Part shown: one piece after another, positions 20,401 to 28,240 of the stretch
How positions within the stretch are numbered: position 1 is the first letter of the stretch
Layout: each line of letters opens with the position of its first letter
NCBI GenBank assembly: GCA_000806155.1
Contig: JWKX01000004.1
Location: 1,185 to 65,184 of the forward strand
DNA from: an archaeon GW2011_AR18
Lineage (GTDB): Archaea; Nanobdellota; Nanobdellia; SCGC-AAA011-G17; GW2011-AR18
Direction of reading: 5' to 3'
DNA length: 64,000 bases
Program-made: the position numbers and the translations under genes
The notes under the pieces: model-generated
Databases searched by the model: none
Told to the model about the DNA's origin: nothing
What the model saw: the letters and a program-made list of their open reading frames with translations, nothing else

Positions 20401-20601
20401 ATGAAAAAAGACATAATCAGAAAGGAGTTTTTAAAATTAATAATAAGGCAATATTCTTACTTAAAATGCAAGACACAACTAAAAGAATTGTATGATTTTA
20501 ATGTTAATATTCGCACACTAGAAATGTGGTAGAAACGCTTCTCAAAAGATGATTCATGGAATTTCATAGATTATTCAAGAAAACCAAAAAAAAATAACTG
20601 A
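20401..20601 (+). pseudogene. Remnant of a transposase N-terminal helix-turn-helix region with an in-frame TAG. No catalytic domain follows.
   Basis: My own translation gives MKKDIIRKEFLKLIIRQYSYLKCKTQLKELYDFNVNIRTLEMW*KRFSKDDSWNFIDYSRKPKKNN. The pattern R.L..W..RF......L.D.SR.P is typical of the HTH region of IS481/IS630-like transposases. Confidence 0.4.
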
Positions 20602-20662
20602 ATAATCAAGAAAAGAAATAATAATTAAAATAGAATTATTATACGTTACAATGCATTAATAA

Positions 20663-20830
20663 CTAAAATTGACCCTTAACCCTATATTTTTCAGAATTCA
20701 AGACTTCATTATATTCATTCTCTATTGCAATATCCTCTTTACTCCTTCTGGTAATGTATTTATAGACTATAATACTAAGCAATGAAATCCCTGCAATGAA
20801 TAATATCTTGTTATTAAATAATTCAATCAT
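20663..20830 (-). CDS. Small single-TM protein (55 aa).
   Basis: My own translation gives MIELFNNKILFIAGISLLSIIVYKYITRR... Its start overlaps the stop of the upstream ORF in an ATGA arrangement. Confidence 0.3.
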   Translation of the reverse strand: MIELFNNKILFIAGISLLSIIVYKYITRRSKEDIAIENEYNEVLNSEKYRVKGQF

Positions 20831-21012
20831 TTTTTAACCTCAGGATGTTTATTAGTGTCTTTCTCAATATCAATACCTAACTCTTTAAGAGCATTCAAGT
20901 GCATACCCATCAATTGTTCAGTAATATTCACTAATTTCAGCAATTCTTCACGTTCCTTACTTAAAGTTGTAAGGCAACCTTTATGGAAACCAATCTTTTC
21001 TTCATTAGCCAT
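20827..21012 (-). CDS. Hypothetical small protein (61 aa).
   Basis: ORF that is translationally coupled to 20663..20830. Confidence 0.3.
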   Translation of the reverse strand: MANEEKIGFHKGCLTTLSKEREELLKLVNITEQLMGMHLNALKELGIDIEKDTNKHPEVKK

Positions 21013-21043
21013 AAATAATATAATAGAATAGATATTTATAAAC

Positions 21044-22141
21044 TTACTTATTTGGATATTTTTCTATCAATCTTTTCTTGAAAATATTCAAGTCTTCTTT
21101 TCTAATACGAGCACCAGCAGCAGGAATATGACCACCAGCAGTAGAATCAGGAAGATCTTTAACTAAATCCCTAAGGAATTCGTTTAATTTTATAATACAC
21201 CTTTGATCACGAGCACTAATCTCTAAAAGTTCTTTATTTTCATAATCAGATATTACAATAACAGTATTATTAGGGAAAAACCTAAGATTAATCTGTGTAG
21301 AAAGAGTTGAATGAATCTTATACTTAGGTTTGATTTCATAAACAATTAACTCACCATATTTTTCAATTTTATCAAGATTATTCATCCATTTAGAAATATC
21401 CTCTTCTGCTTTCTTTTTTGTCTCAATTAATAATTTATTATTTAAAACATCAAAAATATTTTTAGAGTTAAAAACAACATCAAAAGCAATATCTCTATCT
21501 TCATAAACTTCCTTACTTATCTTAATTACAGATGAAGCATTACCAATTTCAGTCCTGTAAGGATCATCATCTTTATTTAAATGATATTTATTCTGGACAT
21601 CAATAACAAAATAGGCCCATGATTTATAGCCCATATCAGAAACAAGACCAACAGCAGCAAGCCAATCGAATTCTACTACATTAATCATCTTAGAAAATAA
21701 ATCATAACAAAGTTTAGAAGCAGGATATTTAGAACCATCAAGATCTTCCCTTATAAATTCAGAATGAACGAATAATGTTTTATCTGAATTGAAATTATTT
21801 AAGTATTTATGATGATCAATTATCAAGATATCATGATCTTTTTCTAATAATCTTAAATCTTTAAAACTTTTATCTGGACAAAGATCAACAAAAATAATCT
21901 TATTGATATAATTATCTTTTAATAACTTAATATTCTCTTTAGTAATCTCATGCTCATTTTGGATGTACAACTTTGGAATTACATTTGTAATTTTAGTTAT
22001 AGCTTTAGATGTAATAATACAAGAGCATAAACCATCAGTGCACATAGAGTGATAAAAAATTGCTATATTATCTGAAACTTTGATATTATTAATAAAATCT
22101 TTAAATTTTTGAATGTAATCCATTAAAATAAAATAAGTCAA
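21044..22141 (-). CDS. DHH/DHHA1 family phosphoesterase.
   Basis: Contains the DHH motif (LIIDHHKY) and the C-terminal DHHA1 motif (TAGGHIPAAGA). Confidence 0.7.
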   Translation of the reverse strand: MTYFILMDYIQKFKDFINNIKVSDNIAIFYHSMCTDGLCSCIITSKAITKITNVIPKLYIQNEHEITKENIKLLKDNYINKIIFVDLCPDKSFKDLRLLEKDHDILIIDHHKYLNNFNSDKTLFVHSEFIREDLDGSKYPASKLCYDLFSKMINVVEFDWLAAVGLVSDMGYKSWAYFVIDVQNKYHLNKDDDPYRTEIGNASSVIKISKEVYEDRDIAFDVVFNSKNIFDVLNNKLLIETKKKAEEDISKWMNNLDKIEKYGELIVYEIKPKYKIHSTLSTQINLRFFPNNTVIVISDYENKELLEISARDQRCIIKLNEFLRDLVKDLPDSTAGGHIPAAGARIRKEDLNIFKKRLIEKYPNK

Positions 22142-22157
22142 ATGTTTAAAAGATTAA

Positions 22158-22607
22158 CTAATCAAAATACTTGTTAAGCCTACCTGTCAGATATTCATCA
22201 GCTTTAATCAAAACTTCCTTAGTATTCTTTAATTTAATTAAACTACAGGCTTCATCAAAATAACACCATCTGAAATCATCATGTTCATTACTAATCTTAA
22301 TATCTAATTGAGAGGTCTCTGCTAAAAAATAGGTAACTTTTTTGCTGACTAAATTGCCGTCTTTCTTGTAAAACCATTTAATGATTTCCTTAAAACCTTT
22401 AACAAACTTAAGCTCATTAATAGAAGTCTCTTCAACAATCTCACGCTTAGCAGTTTCTTCAGGAGTCTCGTTCTTTTGAATCAGACCACGAGGAAAATCC
22501 CAAGATTCAATATAATTCTTATGAGCTTTTCGGTATAATAACAAGAAAAGAACTTTATTATTCTCTTTCCTGAAAACAACAGCACCAAAAGATAATTCCT
22601 CAATCAT
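22158..22607 (-). CDS. NUDIX hydrolase.
   Basis: Contains the Nudix box GLIQKNETPEETAKREIVEETS. Confidence 0.8.
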   Translation of the reverse strand: MIEELSFGAVVFRKENNKVLFLLLYRKAHKNYIESWDFPRGLIQKNETPEETAKREIVEETSINELKFVKGFKEIIKWFYKKDGNLVSKKVTYFLAETSQLDIKISNEHDDFRWCYFDEACSLIKLKNTKEVLIKADEYLTGRLNKYFD

Positions 22608-22637
22608 AAAACTATAAATATTATTAAATTAATAAGA

Positions 22638-23144
22638 TTATCTTTTAACAAAAGTAAATTTCTTATGATTCAAGTCCATATCCAAGAACTCATCAGTAGC
22701 TTCCCTTAACTTACCAGAACAGCTCTTACCAAAAGCCATGACCTCAACTTTACAACCAAGAGCTCTTTTCAGATGTTCAACCAAAGGGATATAATCACCA
22801 TCACCACTAATAAGAATAACAACATCCAATTTTGGAGCTAATTCAATAGCATCAATAGCAATACCAACATCCCAGTCAGCCTTCTTATTACCACCATAAA
22901 AAACCTGCAAATCCTTTAACTTAACTTCGAAACCAATACCATCCAATGCTTTATGGAAATTCTCTTCATCCTTCTCACCTGCACGAACAGCATAAGCAAA
23001 AGCCCTAACTAATTTACGACCATTAACAGCTTCTTTAAGAATTTCTTTAAAATTAACTTTAGCACTGTAAAGAGCTCTAGCAGAATAATACATGTTCTGA
23101 ACATCAACGAAAACACCAACTCTCTGTTCCTTATTAACGACCAT
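22638..23144 (-). CDS. NYN / LabA-like (DUF88) predicted RNase domain protein.
   Basis: Contains VGVFVDVQNMYY...VVILISGDGDYIPLVE, the NYN/LabA pattern. Confidence 0.75.
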   Translation of the reverse strand: MVVNKEQRVGVFVDVQNMYYSARALYSAKVNFKEILKEAVNGRKLVRAFAYAVRAGEKDEENFHKALDGIGFEVKLKDLQVFYGGNKKADWDVGIAIDAIELAPKLDVVILISGDGDYIPLVEHLKRALGCKVEVMAFGKSCSGKLREATDEFLDMDLNHKKFTFVKR

Positions 23145-23168
23145 ATGACTCTTTTAATTTAGTACTAT

Positions 23169-23825
23169 TTATAATTTTTGGATTAAAAGGCTAACACCAA
23201 AAACCAAAAAAGCAGAGATAATAACAATAGAAAAATAAATTAGTTTATTCCACTTAAAAATCTTAGCACCATCAAACTGCCAGAAAGGAATCATGTTAAA
23301 CAGAGCTAACCAACTATTGACTAAAAAACCAATAATAGGAATAGACAAGTATAAAGGAAGATTAATTATTTGAGATATACCAAGAGATAACATACTAAAA
23401 CCATCTAGAATAAATATGATAAACAAACACAAAATAGCTATTATAATATTCATAACAGGACCAGCTACTGAAATAATACCAGTCTTCCTAATATCATAAA
23501 TCCTAGATAAAATCATGACAGCACCAGGAGCAGCAAAAACAAAACCGAAAAAACTCATAATAACAGCCAAAAATAACATATTATCAAAACTCCTGAACTC
23601 TGCCTTGAACTTATATCTCTGAGCAATAACCTTATGAGATAATTCATGCAATAAAAAACCAAGACCAACAGCAATGGCTGCAATTAAGAAAGCCTTGAAA
23701 AACAATGAATTAATACCACCAAGAACAATACCAAAAGCTAGAGAAACAGCAAACCAAGCCTTAGAAATATCAAACAACTCTTTATTAGAAGTTGAGAAAT
23801 TATTAAATAAACTATAAACTTTCAT
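23169..23825 (-). CDS. M50 family (site-2 protease-like) membrane metalloprotease.
   Basis: Has HELSHK (HExxH) within a TM helix, is polytopic, and has the NMIPFWQFDG second motif. Confidence 0.7.
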   Translation of the reverse strand: MKVYSLFNNFSTSNKELFDISKAWFAVSLAFGIVLGGINSLFFKAFLIAAIAVGLGFLLHELSHKVIAQRYKFKAEFRSFDNMLFLAVIMSFFGFVFAAPGAVMILSRIYDIRKTGIISVAGPVMNIIIAILCLFIIFILDGFSMLSLGISQIINLPLYLSIPIIGFLVNSWLALFNMIPFWQFDGAKIFKWNKLIYFSIVIISAFLVFGVSLLIQKL

Positions 23826-23937
23826 AACTAACTATTAATTTAAAGATTTAAATAACTATTGGCAATACAACTTTAAATTAAAAGTATAGAAACATTTATA
23901 TATTACCATATATCATCATGTTACATGCTAATAGAAA

Positions 23938-24108
23938 ATGACAAAAATACAAATAGACTTGGATATAGAAGAGGATAAGACTGTGGAGATTTATAAATTG
24001 GTCAATAATTTAAAGACCAAACAAGAGGCAATAAAGAAAATGATAAAATATTTTAAAGCTGAAGTAAAACCAAAGAATTTGAAAGAAAAGGATTATTTTG
24101 AGGTATAA
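23938..24108 (+). CDS. Small hypothetical protein (56 aa), possibly ribbon-helix-helix-like.
   Basis: My own translation gives MTKIQIDLDIEEDKTVEIYKLVNNLKTKQEAIKKMIKYFK... It ends 3 nt before lemA. Confidence 0.3.
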   Translation: MTKIQIDLDIEEDKTVEIYKLVNNLKTKQEAIKKMIKYFKAEVKPKNLKEKDYFEV

Positions 24109-24111
24109 AAA

Positions 24112-24708
24112 ATGGAAACTATAATATGGATTGGAATTGGTATTGTTGGATTAGGTTCTTTTCTACTTGCAAAACAGTGGATAACTATCTATAATAAATT
24201 TATATATTGGAAAAACAAATTAGATGAAAGATTTGCAGGTATAGATATTATTATGCAAAGAAGAATAGATATGTTGCCAGCATTAGCTCAAGTAGCTAAA
24301 AAGTATAGTATACATGAATATAAGATAATTAAGGACACAATAGAAGCAAGAAGTAAATGGACAAAAGATAAATCTCTTAACGAAAAAACTGAAGCTGTTG
24401 ATGAAATTGAGAATAATTTTATTAAAATACAAACATTATTTGAAAGATACCCAAAAGTAAAAGCAGACAAGTTGTATAGACAAATTATGGGTCATGGTAA
24501 CATCTCTAATATAGAAAGAAAACTTCAACAATTTAGATTAACCTACAATAAAGTAGTTAGAGACTATAATGAGAGAGTAGAAAGGTTTCCAAGAAATATT
24601 GTTGCAAAAGTTCATGGATTCAAAACTGCAAATTACCTAACACTGGGAAACAAAATAAACCAAGAACAACAAGAAGAATATAATCCAAAGGAGTTATTCA
24701 ATGAATAA
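24112..24708 (+). CDS. lemA: LemA family protein.
   Basis: Has an N-terminal TM segment, plus RRIDMLPAL... and ERFPRNIVA, which is typical of LemA. Confidence 0.8.
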   Translation: METIIWIGIGIVGLGSFLLAKQWITIYNKFIYWKNKLDERFAGIDIIMQRRIDMLPALAQVAKKYSIHEYKIIKDTIEARSKWTKDKSLNEKTEAVDEIENNFIKIQTLFERYPKVKADKLYRQIMGHGNISNIERKLQQFRLTYNKVVRDYNERVERFPRNIVAKVHGFKTANYLTLGNKINQEQQEEYNPKELFNE

Positions 24709-24889
24709 AAGACTTGAAAAGTCAATGTTACTTGCAACAAGTCTTCTTATAGCCTTTGTATCTAATGACTGGTTTCAACAAGCATGGAAACAACCTACTA
24801 ATATAGGCAAGTGGATGATGGTTATTGTTGCGTTATTTTTTTTATCATTAGCAACTTATTTTATTTTAGATAAAAATGGTAATCTCTAG
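24701..24889 (+). CDS. Small two-TM membrane protein.
   Basis: Its ORF overlaps both the lemA stop and the next gene's start. Confidence 0.3.
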   Translation: MNKRLEKSMLLATSLLIAFVSNDWFQQAWKQPTNIGKWMMVIVALFFLSLATYFILDKNGNL

Positions 24890-25457
24890 AAAAAATGAAA
24901 AACCAATAGTTATTGGTGTTTGTGGTAGAAGTTGTTCAGGAAAGTCAACAGTTGTTAATGAATTAGAAGAGAAATATAAAGGAAAATTTTTACATATAAA
25001 TCAAGATAAATTCTTTAAAGTTAAATCCAATAATTGGGAAGCTCCAGAATCACTAAGAACTGATAAACTAATTTATTCTCTTAAAAAACTAAAAAATGGA
25101 GAGAGTACTCACATACCAAGCCATAGATGGACTGAGGTTTTTGACATGGAAATTCAGCCTCATAAAGTTGTAATTGTTGAAGGCTACCTTCTTTTTGTAA
25201 ATGAAGAATTAAATAAATTATTTGATAAAAAAATTTGGGTAGATATTTCCGATTTAAATTTAATTTACAGAAGACTAAAAAGATCCAATGATATAGAACA
25301 ACTCGATTACACAATGAATGTTGTAATACCTGAATCTAAAAAATACGAAAAAATACAAAAAGAAAAAGCGGACATAATAATTGATGGAAATCAGGCCAAA
25401 GAAAAAATAATTGGTATTATTGACCGTCAGATTAAAATATGGCAATTTATAAAATAA
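24876..25457 (+). CDS. P-loop nucleoside kinase (uridine kinase / NRK-like).
   Basis: Contains the Walker A motif GVCGRSCSGKST, plus VIVEGYLLF and the family-typical length. Confidence 0.55.
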   Translation: MVISRKNEKPIVIGVCGRSCSGKSTVVNELEEKYKGKFLHINQDKFFKVKSNNWEAPESLRTDKLIYSLKKLKNGESTHIPSHRWTEVFDMEIQPHKVVIVEGYLLFVNEELNKLFDKKIWVDISDLNLIYRRLKRSNDIEQLDYTMNVVIPESKKYEKIQKEKADIIIDGNQAKEKIIGIIDRQIKIWQFIK

Positions 25458-25963
25458 CTATTTTTTTAATTTATTAATATGTTTATGAGCAAGATGCATA
25501 GGCAAAGGTAATTTGTATTCAGGATCTGAAACTTTCTTAATAATCTCTAAAGCTTTATCAACAGAAAGACCATGACCAGGACTAATATAAACAGGATTAG
25601 CTAACTCTTTAATCTTCAAAGCTTTACCTTTAATCTCATCATCAATAATGATATTATCTTCATTAAGAGAACATCAGGTTTAATCTTCAAACTTCTATAA
25701 GCTTCAATAATAATAGGACCCTCACGGAAAGGAATAGTCCTAGGAGAATAAGACATCAATTCATCACCCTCAGTAAAATTAACTTCTAACTCAGAAAGAG
25801 AATTATAATCAATAACAACAGCACAACACTTGTATTTTTTGTTTAAAGAAGCTATCTCAAAAGAGGCAACAGTTTTAACTTCATTAATAGAATCTTTAAG
25901 AGAAATAGCTTTAATAACCTTCTTCTCAATATCCATGAATTCTCTCATATCAAATGTTTTCAT
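25458..25963 (-). pseudogene. nfi: Endonuclease V, disrupted by an internal loss plus a frame change.
   Basis: The N-terminal part (25616..25963) ends ...SPRTIPFREGPIIIEAYRSLKIKPDVLLM. The C-terminal part, in another frame (25458..25673), reads EDNIIIDDEIKGKALKIKELANPVYISPGHGLSVDKALEII...YKLPLPMHLAHK. The central DGxGxxHPRxxGxAxHxG...GVAK block is absent. Confidence 0.75.
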
Positions 25964-26017
25964 ATTTAATGCCCAAAACCTATAATATATACTGTGTGGA
26001 AAGGTTTATAAAAATAA

Positions 26018-27093
26018 CGAGGATACTAAAAACCAGCAGAGGATAGGGGAAGCTGATACCATAGCGAACCTTGAGTCTATAAGGGTAGGACAGCTAGGAG
26101 GAAAAATTACTTAATTGTGGTTTTTACTAAATGTCCGTCGAAGTAGTTTCGATGATGTTCTACTGCGGAAGGCTCATAAGGAGTTAAGCACTCATTGCGA
26201 TACCCGAAATGCTAGTTAGCACGGTTGGGTCGTTGGAAGATCAACTCAAATTTGAGAGGTCTGACGAATTCAAATCCAATGAGATTAACTATGGTTATCT
26301 CGGAGATCCCCCGCTATTCTCTGCTATTTTATATTTCTTCATCAATTGTTCAAATCTTTCTTCTAAAAATGGAATGCTGAAACCAATTTCTTTGAATTTA
26401 ATAAAATTTTCTTTTCTATAAATGTGAACTCTATGTTGTCCTGATTTTTGTTTAATCCTTGGTGCAAAAGTTAGTGTTGATATTATTCCTAATGTTTTTA
26501 ATAGTCTGTGAATATCATTAGCAAATAATTCGCTTTTTACTCCAAATCTTATTTCTGTTAAACTTTTTAAAATAGTTCCTTCCATGTCATAAGCTTCTCT
26601 TAGATAAGCAATTTTAACATTTTTATTGGAATCAAATATCCATTAGGAACTCTCATAGACTCATCTGATTTTGGAATTTCTAATATATGATACATAAATC
26701 TTGCTAAAGTCTGTGAATTAATGTAACATTGCATTCCACTTATATCTGCTTTATATAATATAGTAGATTTTGGTGAAAATAATTTTGATATTAAGACTGC
26801 AAATAAATCTATCTTTCTTAAATCCTTCTTTTGGTGAAAATATACTCTCATTAAATCTTTAATTAAACTTCCATCAGGTATCATTCCAGCTAAACTTGCA
26901 TAATCTTCATTGAATAAGTCTTTTTTGTTAATTATTATCTCTTTTGAAAGTTTATTATATTTTATTGATAGTTTATTATTTGGTAATTCTTCACATATAA
27001 AACTATTTTTTATTTTCTTAATCATAATCTAATCTTGAACAATTTTCCTTATAAACCTGGCGCGCAAGTTTGTCGTGTCCAGTGCTCAAACAC
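26018..27093 (-). ncRNA. Candidate group I intron-like structured RNA enclosing the LAGLIDADG ORF. Boundaries are approximate.
   Basis: GC-enriched blocks flank the ORF. On the minus strand I see a P-like AAUAGCGGGGGAUC (26305-26318), a Q-like CUUCCGCAGUAG (26160-26171), an R-like UCGACGGACAUUUAGU (26126-26141) and an S-like CUAGCUGUCCUAC (26085-26097). Candidate helices are P4 GCGGGGG/CUUCCGC, P6 AGUAG/CUACU and P7 GGACA/UGUCC. A 10-bp helix (27035-27044 with 26344-26353) brackets the ORF. The 5' hairpin (27075-27093) contains U.G pairs. Confidence 0.45.
26295..27025 (-). pseudogene. Double-motif LAGLIDADG homing endonuclease, broken by one frameshift.
   Basis: Motif 1 is YASLAGMIPDGS in ORF 26600..27025. 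Motif 2 is KIAYLREAYDMEGT, just upstream of and in frame with ORF 26295..26585. The frames switch around 26640-26645. Confidence 0.8.
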
Positions 27094-27305
27094 TAATAAA
27101 ATGCATTTCCATACGAAATTATTGTTGAAAGATTTTTTGGATTTTCAGAAATATTTTCTAATAATAAAATTAATACAATAATCTAGAATCATAAATCGTT
27201 TATCTGGAAATAACCCTAACGTTTCTGATGTATGTTTCAAAAAAACTGAAAATCCTTCAATAAATTCTTCTAAAGTTTTATAAACTTTAAAATTAAAAAT
27301 TTATT

Positions 27306-27404
27306 ATGAAAGATAGAACAACACTTTGGGTAATAATATTTTGTATTGGAATGTTAATAATCTTAGCTTGGCTCTTCTTGAAAGCAATAGGTGTAATAAA
27401 CTAA
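27306..27404 (+). CDS. Small single-TM protein (32 aa).
   Basis: My own translation gives MKDRTTLWVIIFCIGMLIILAWLFLKAIGVIN. Its stop overlaps the next start in a TAATG arrangement. Confidence 0.3.
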   Translation: MKDRTTLWVIIFCIGMLIILAWLFLKAIGVIN

Positions 27405-27532
27405 TGATTAAGAGAACCAAAGAAGGATATAAAGTAGTTTCTGAAAAGGGAAGAAATATGGGACTTTATAAGACATTGAAAGATGCTAAAACTCGTTTAA
27501 GACAGATAGAATATTTCAAGCATAAGAAATGA
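27404..27532 (+). CDS. Small basic protein (42 aa).
   Basis: Reads MIKRTKEGYKVVSEKGRNMGLYKTLKDAKTRLRQIEYFKHKK. I prefer the coupled ATG at 27404 over the ORF-track start at 27326. Confidence 0.35.
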   Translation: MIKRTKEGYKVVSEKGRNMGLYKTLKDAKTRLRQIEYFKHKK

Positions 27533-27571
27533 ATAGAAATCTAATTAAATGAGAAGAAAATAATTCTATTA

Positions 27572-28234
27572 ATGGTATTAATATGTGGTATCGATGATGC
27601 TGGTAGAGGTCCTGTAATAGGTCCAATGATAATGGCTGGAGTATTGATAGAAGATATTGATTTAGATAAATTGAAAACTATAGGAGTTAAAGATTCTAAA
27701 TTATTAAGCCAGACAAGAAGAGAAGAATTATTTAAAGAAATAATAAAAATAGTGAAAGATTATAAAATCATAAAAATATATCCAGATGAGATAGATAAAG
27801 CCTTATTTTCTGATACTTCAAATTTAAATAATCTAGAAGGTGAAAAAATGGCTGAGATAATAAATTATTTAAAACCAGAAAAAGTAATAGTAGACTGTCC
27901 AAGCACAAATAAAAAAGCATTCACAGATTTCTTGAATAAAAGAATGAAAGTAAAAACAGAAATATTATGTGAACACAAGGCAGACTTTTTATTTTGTGAA
28001 GTAAGCGCAGCCTCAATCCTAGCAAAATGTGCACGTGAAGAAGAAATGGAAGTAATGAGAAAAAAATTAGGAATCGAGTGTGGCTCAGGATATCCTGCTG
28101 ATCCAGTAACTAAAGAATTCTTAAAAAATAACTGGGAAAAATATCCAGAAATATTTAGAAAAAGCTGGAGTTCATATCTAGAATATTCAGGTGGAAAAAG
28201 ATCTAAAAAACAATTGACATTAGGAGAATTTTAA
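27572..28234 (+). CDS. rnhB: Ribonuclease HII.
   Basis: Contains GIDDAGRGPVIGPM, KDSKLL and ASILAK. Confidence 0.9.
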   Translation: MVLICGIDDAGRGPVIGPMIMAGVLIEDIDLDKLKTIGVKDSKLLSQTRREELFKEIIKIVKDYKIIKIYPDEIDKALFSDTSNLNNLEGEKMAEIINYLKPEKVIVDCPSTNKKAFTDFLNKRMKVKTEILCEHKADFLFCEVSAASILAKCAREEEMEVMRKKLGIECGSGYPADPVTKEFLKNNWEKYPEIFRKSWSSYLEYSGGKRSKKQLTLGEF

Positions 28235-28240
28235 AATAGT

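Noticed and set aside
20530-20532. The in-frame TAG in the transposase-like fragment as pyrrolysine or programmed read-through.
   Set aside because: The fragment lacks any catalytic domain even if read through, and TAG is used as an ordinary stop elsewhere in the window.
25990-26330. The GC-rich block as an RNase P RNA. RNase P protein genes are present in the window. The plus strand has GAAGCUGAUACC and AGGAGGAAAAAUUAC, and the minus strand has AAGGAAAAUUGU.
   Set aside because: I could not find the universal CR-I (GAGGAAAGUCC), CR-IV or CR-V (ACAGAA..GGCUUA) blocks or a P1/P4 pairing on either strand. The P/Q/R/S order on the minus strand fits a group I core better. This should still be excluded formally with RF00373.
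26209-26421. A 70-codon plus-strand ORF across the GC-rich block.
   Set aside because: It overlaps the structured-RNA core and the 3' end of the LAGLIDADG gene on the other strand. It has no motifs or RBS.
26295-27093. An archaeal bulge-helix-bulge (endonuclease-spliced) intron carrying the LAGLIDADG gene inside some other host RNA.
   Set aside because: The ORF extends about 50 nt beyond the helix that brackets it and into the conserved core-like sequence. No 4-bp helix flanked by 3-nt bulges was evident at the candidate ends, and no host RNA family is recognisable. It is kept as an alternative to be tested.
27100-27300. A minus-strand reading frame (...EEFIEGFSVFLKHTSETLGLFPDKRFMILDYCINFIIRKYF-stop-KSKKSFNNNFVWKCILLVFEHWTRQTCAPGL) upstream of the intron-like element, considered as a possible interrupted host gene.
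   Set aside because: It has no start codon and contains an internal stop. I recognise no family, and the downstream flank does not continue any frame. There is not enough evidence to call it an exon.
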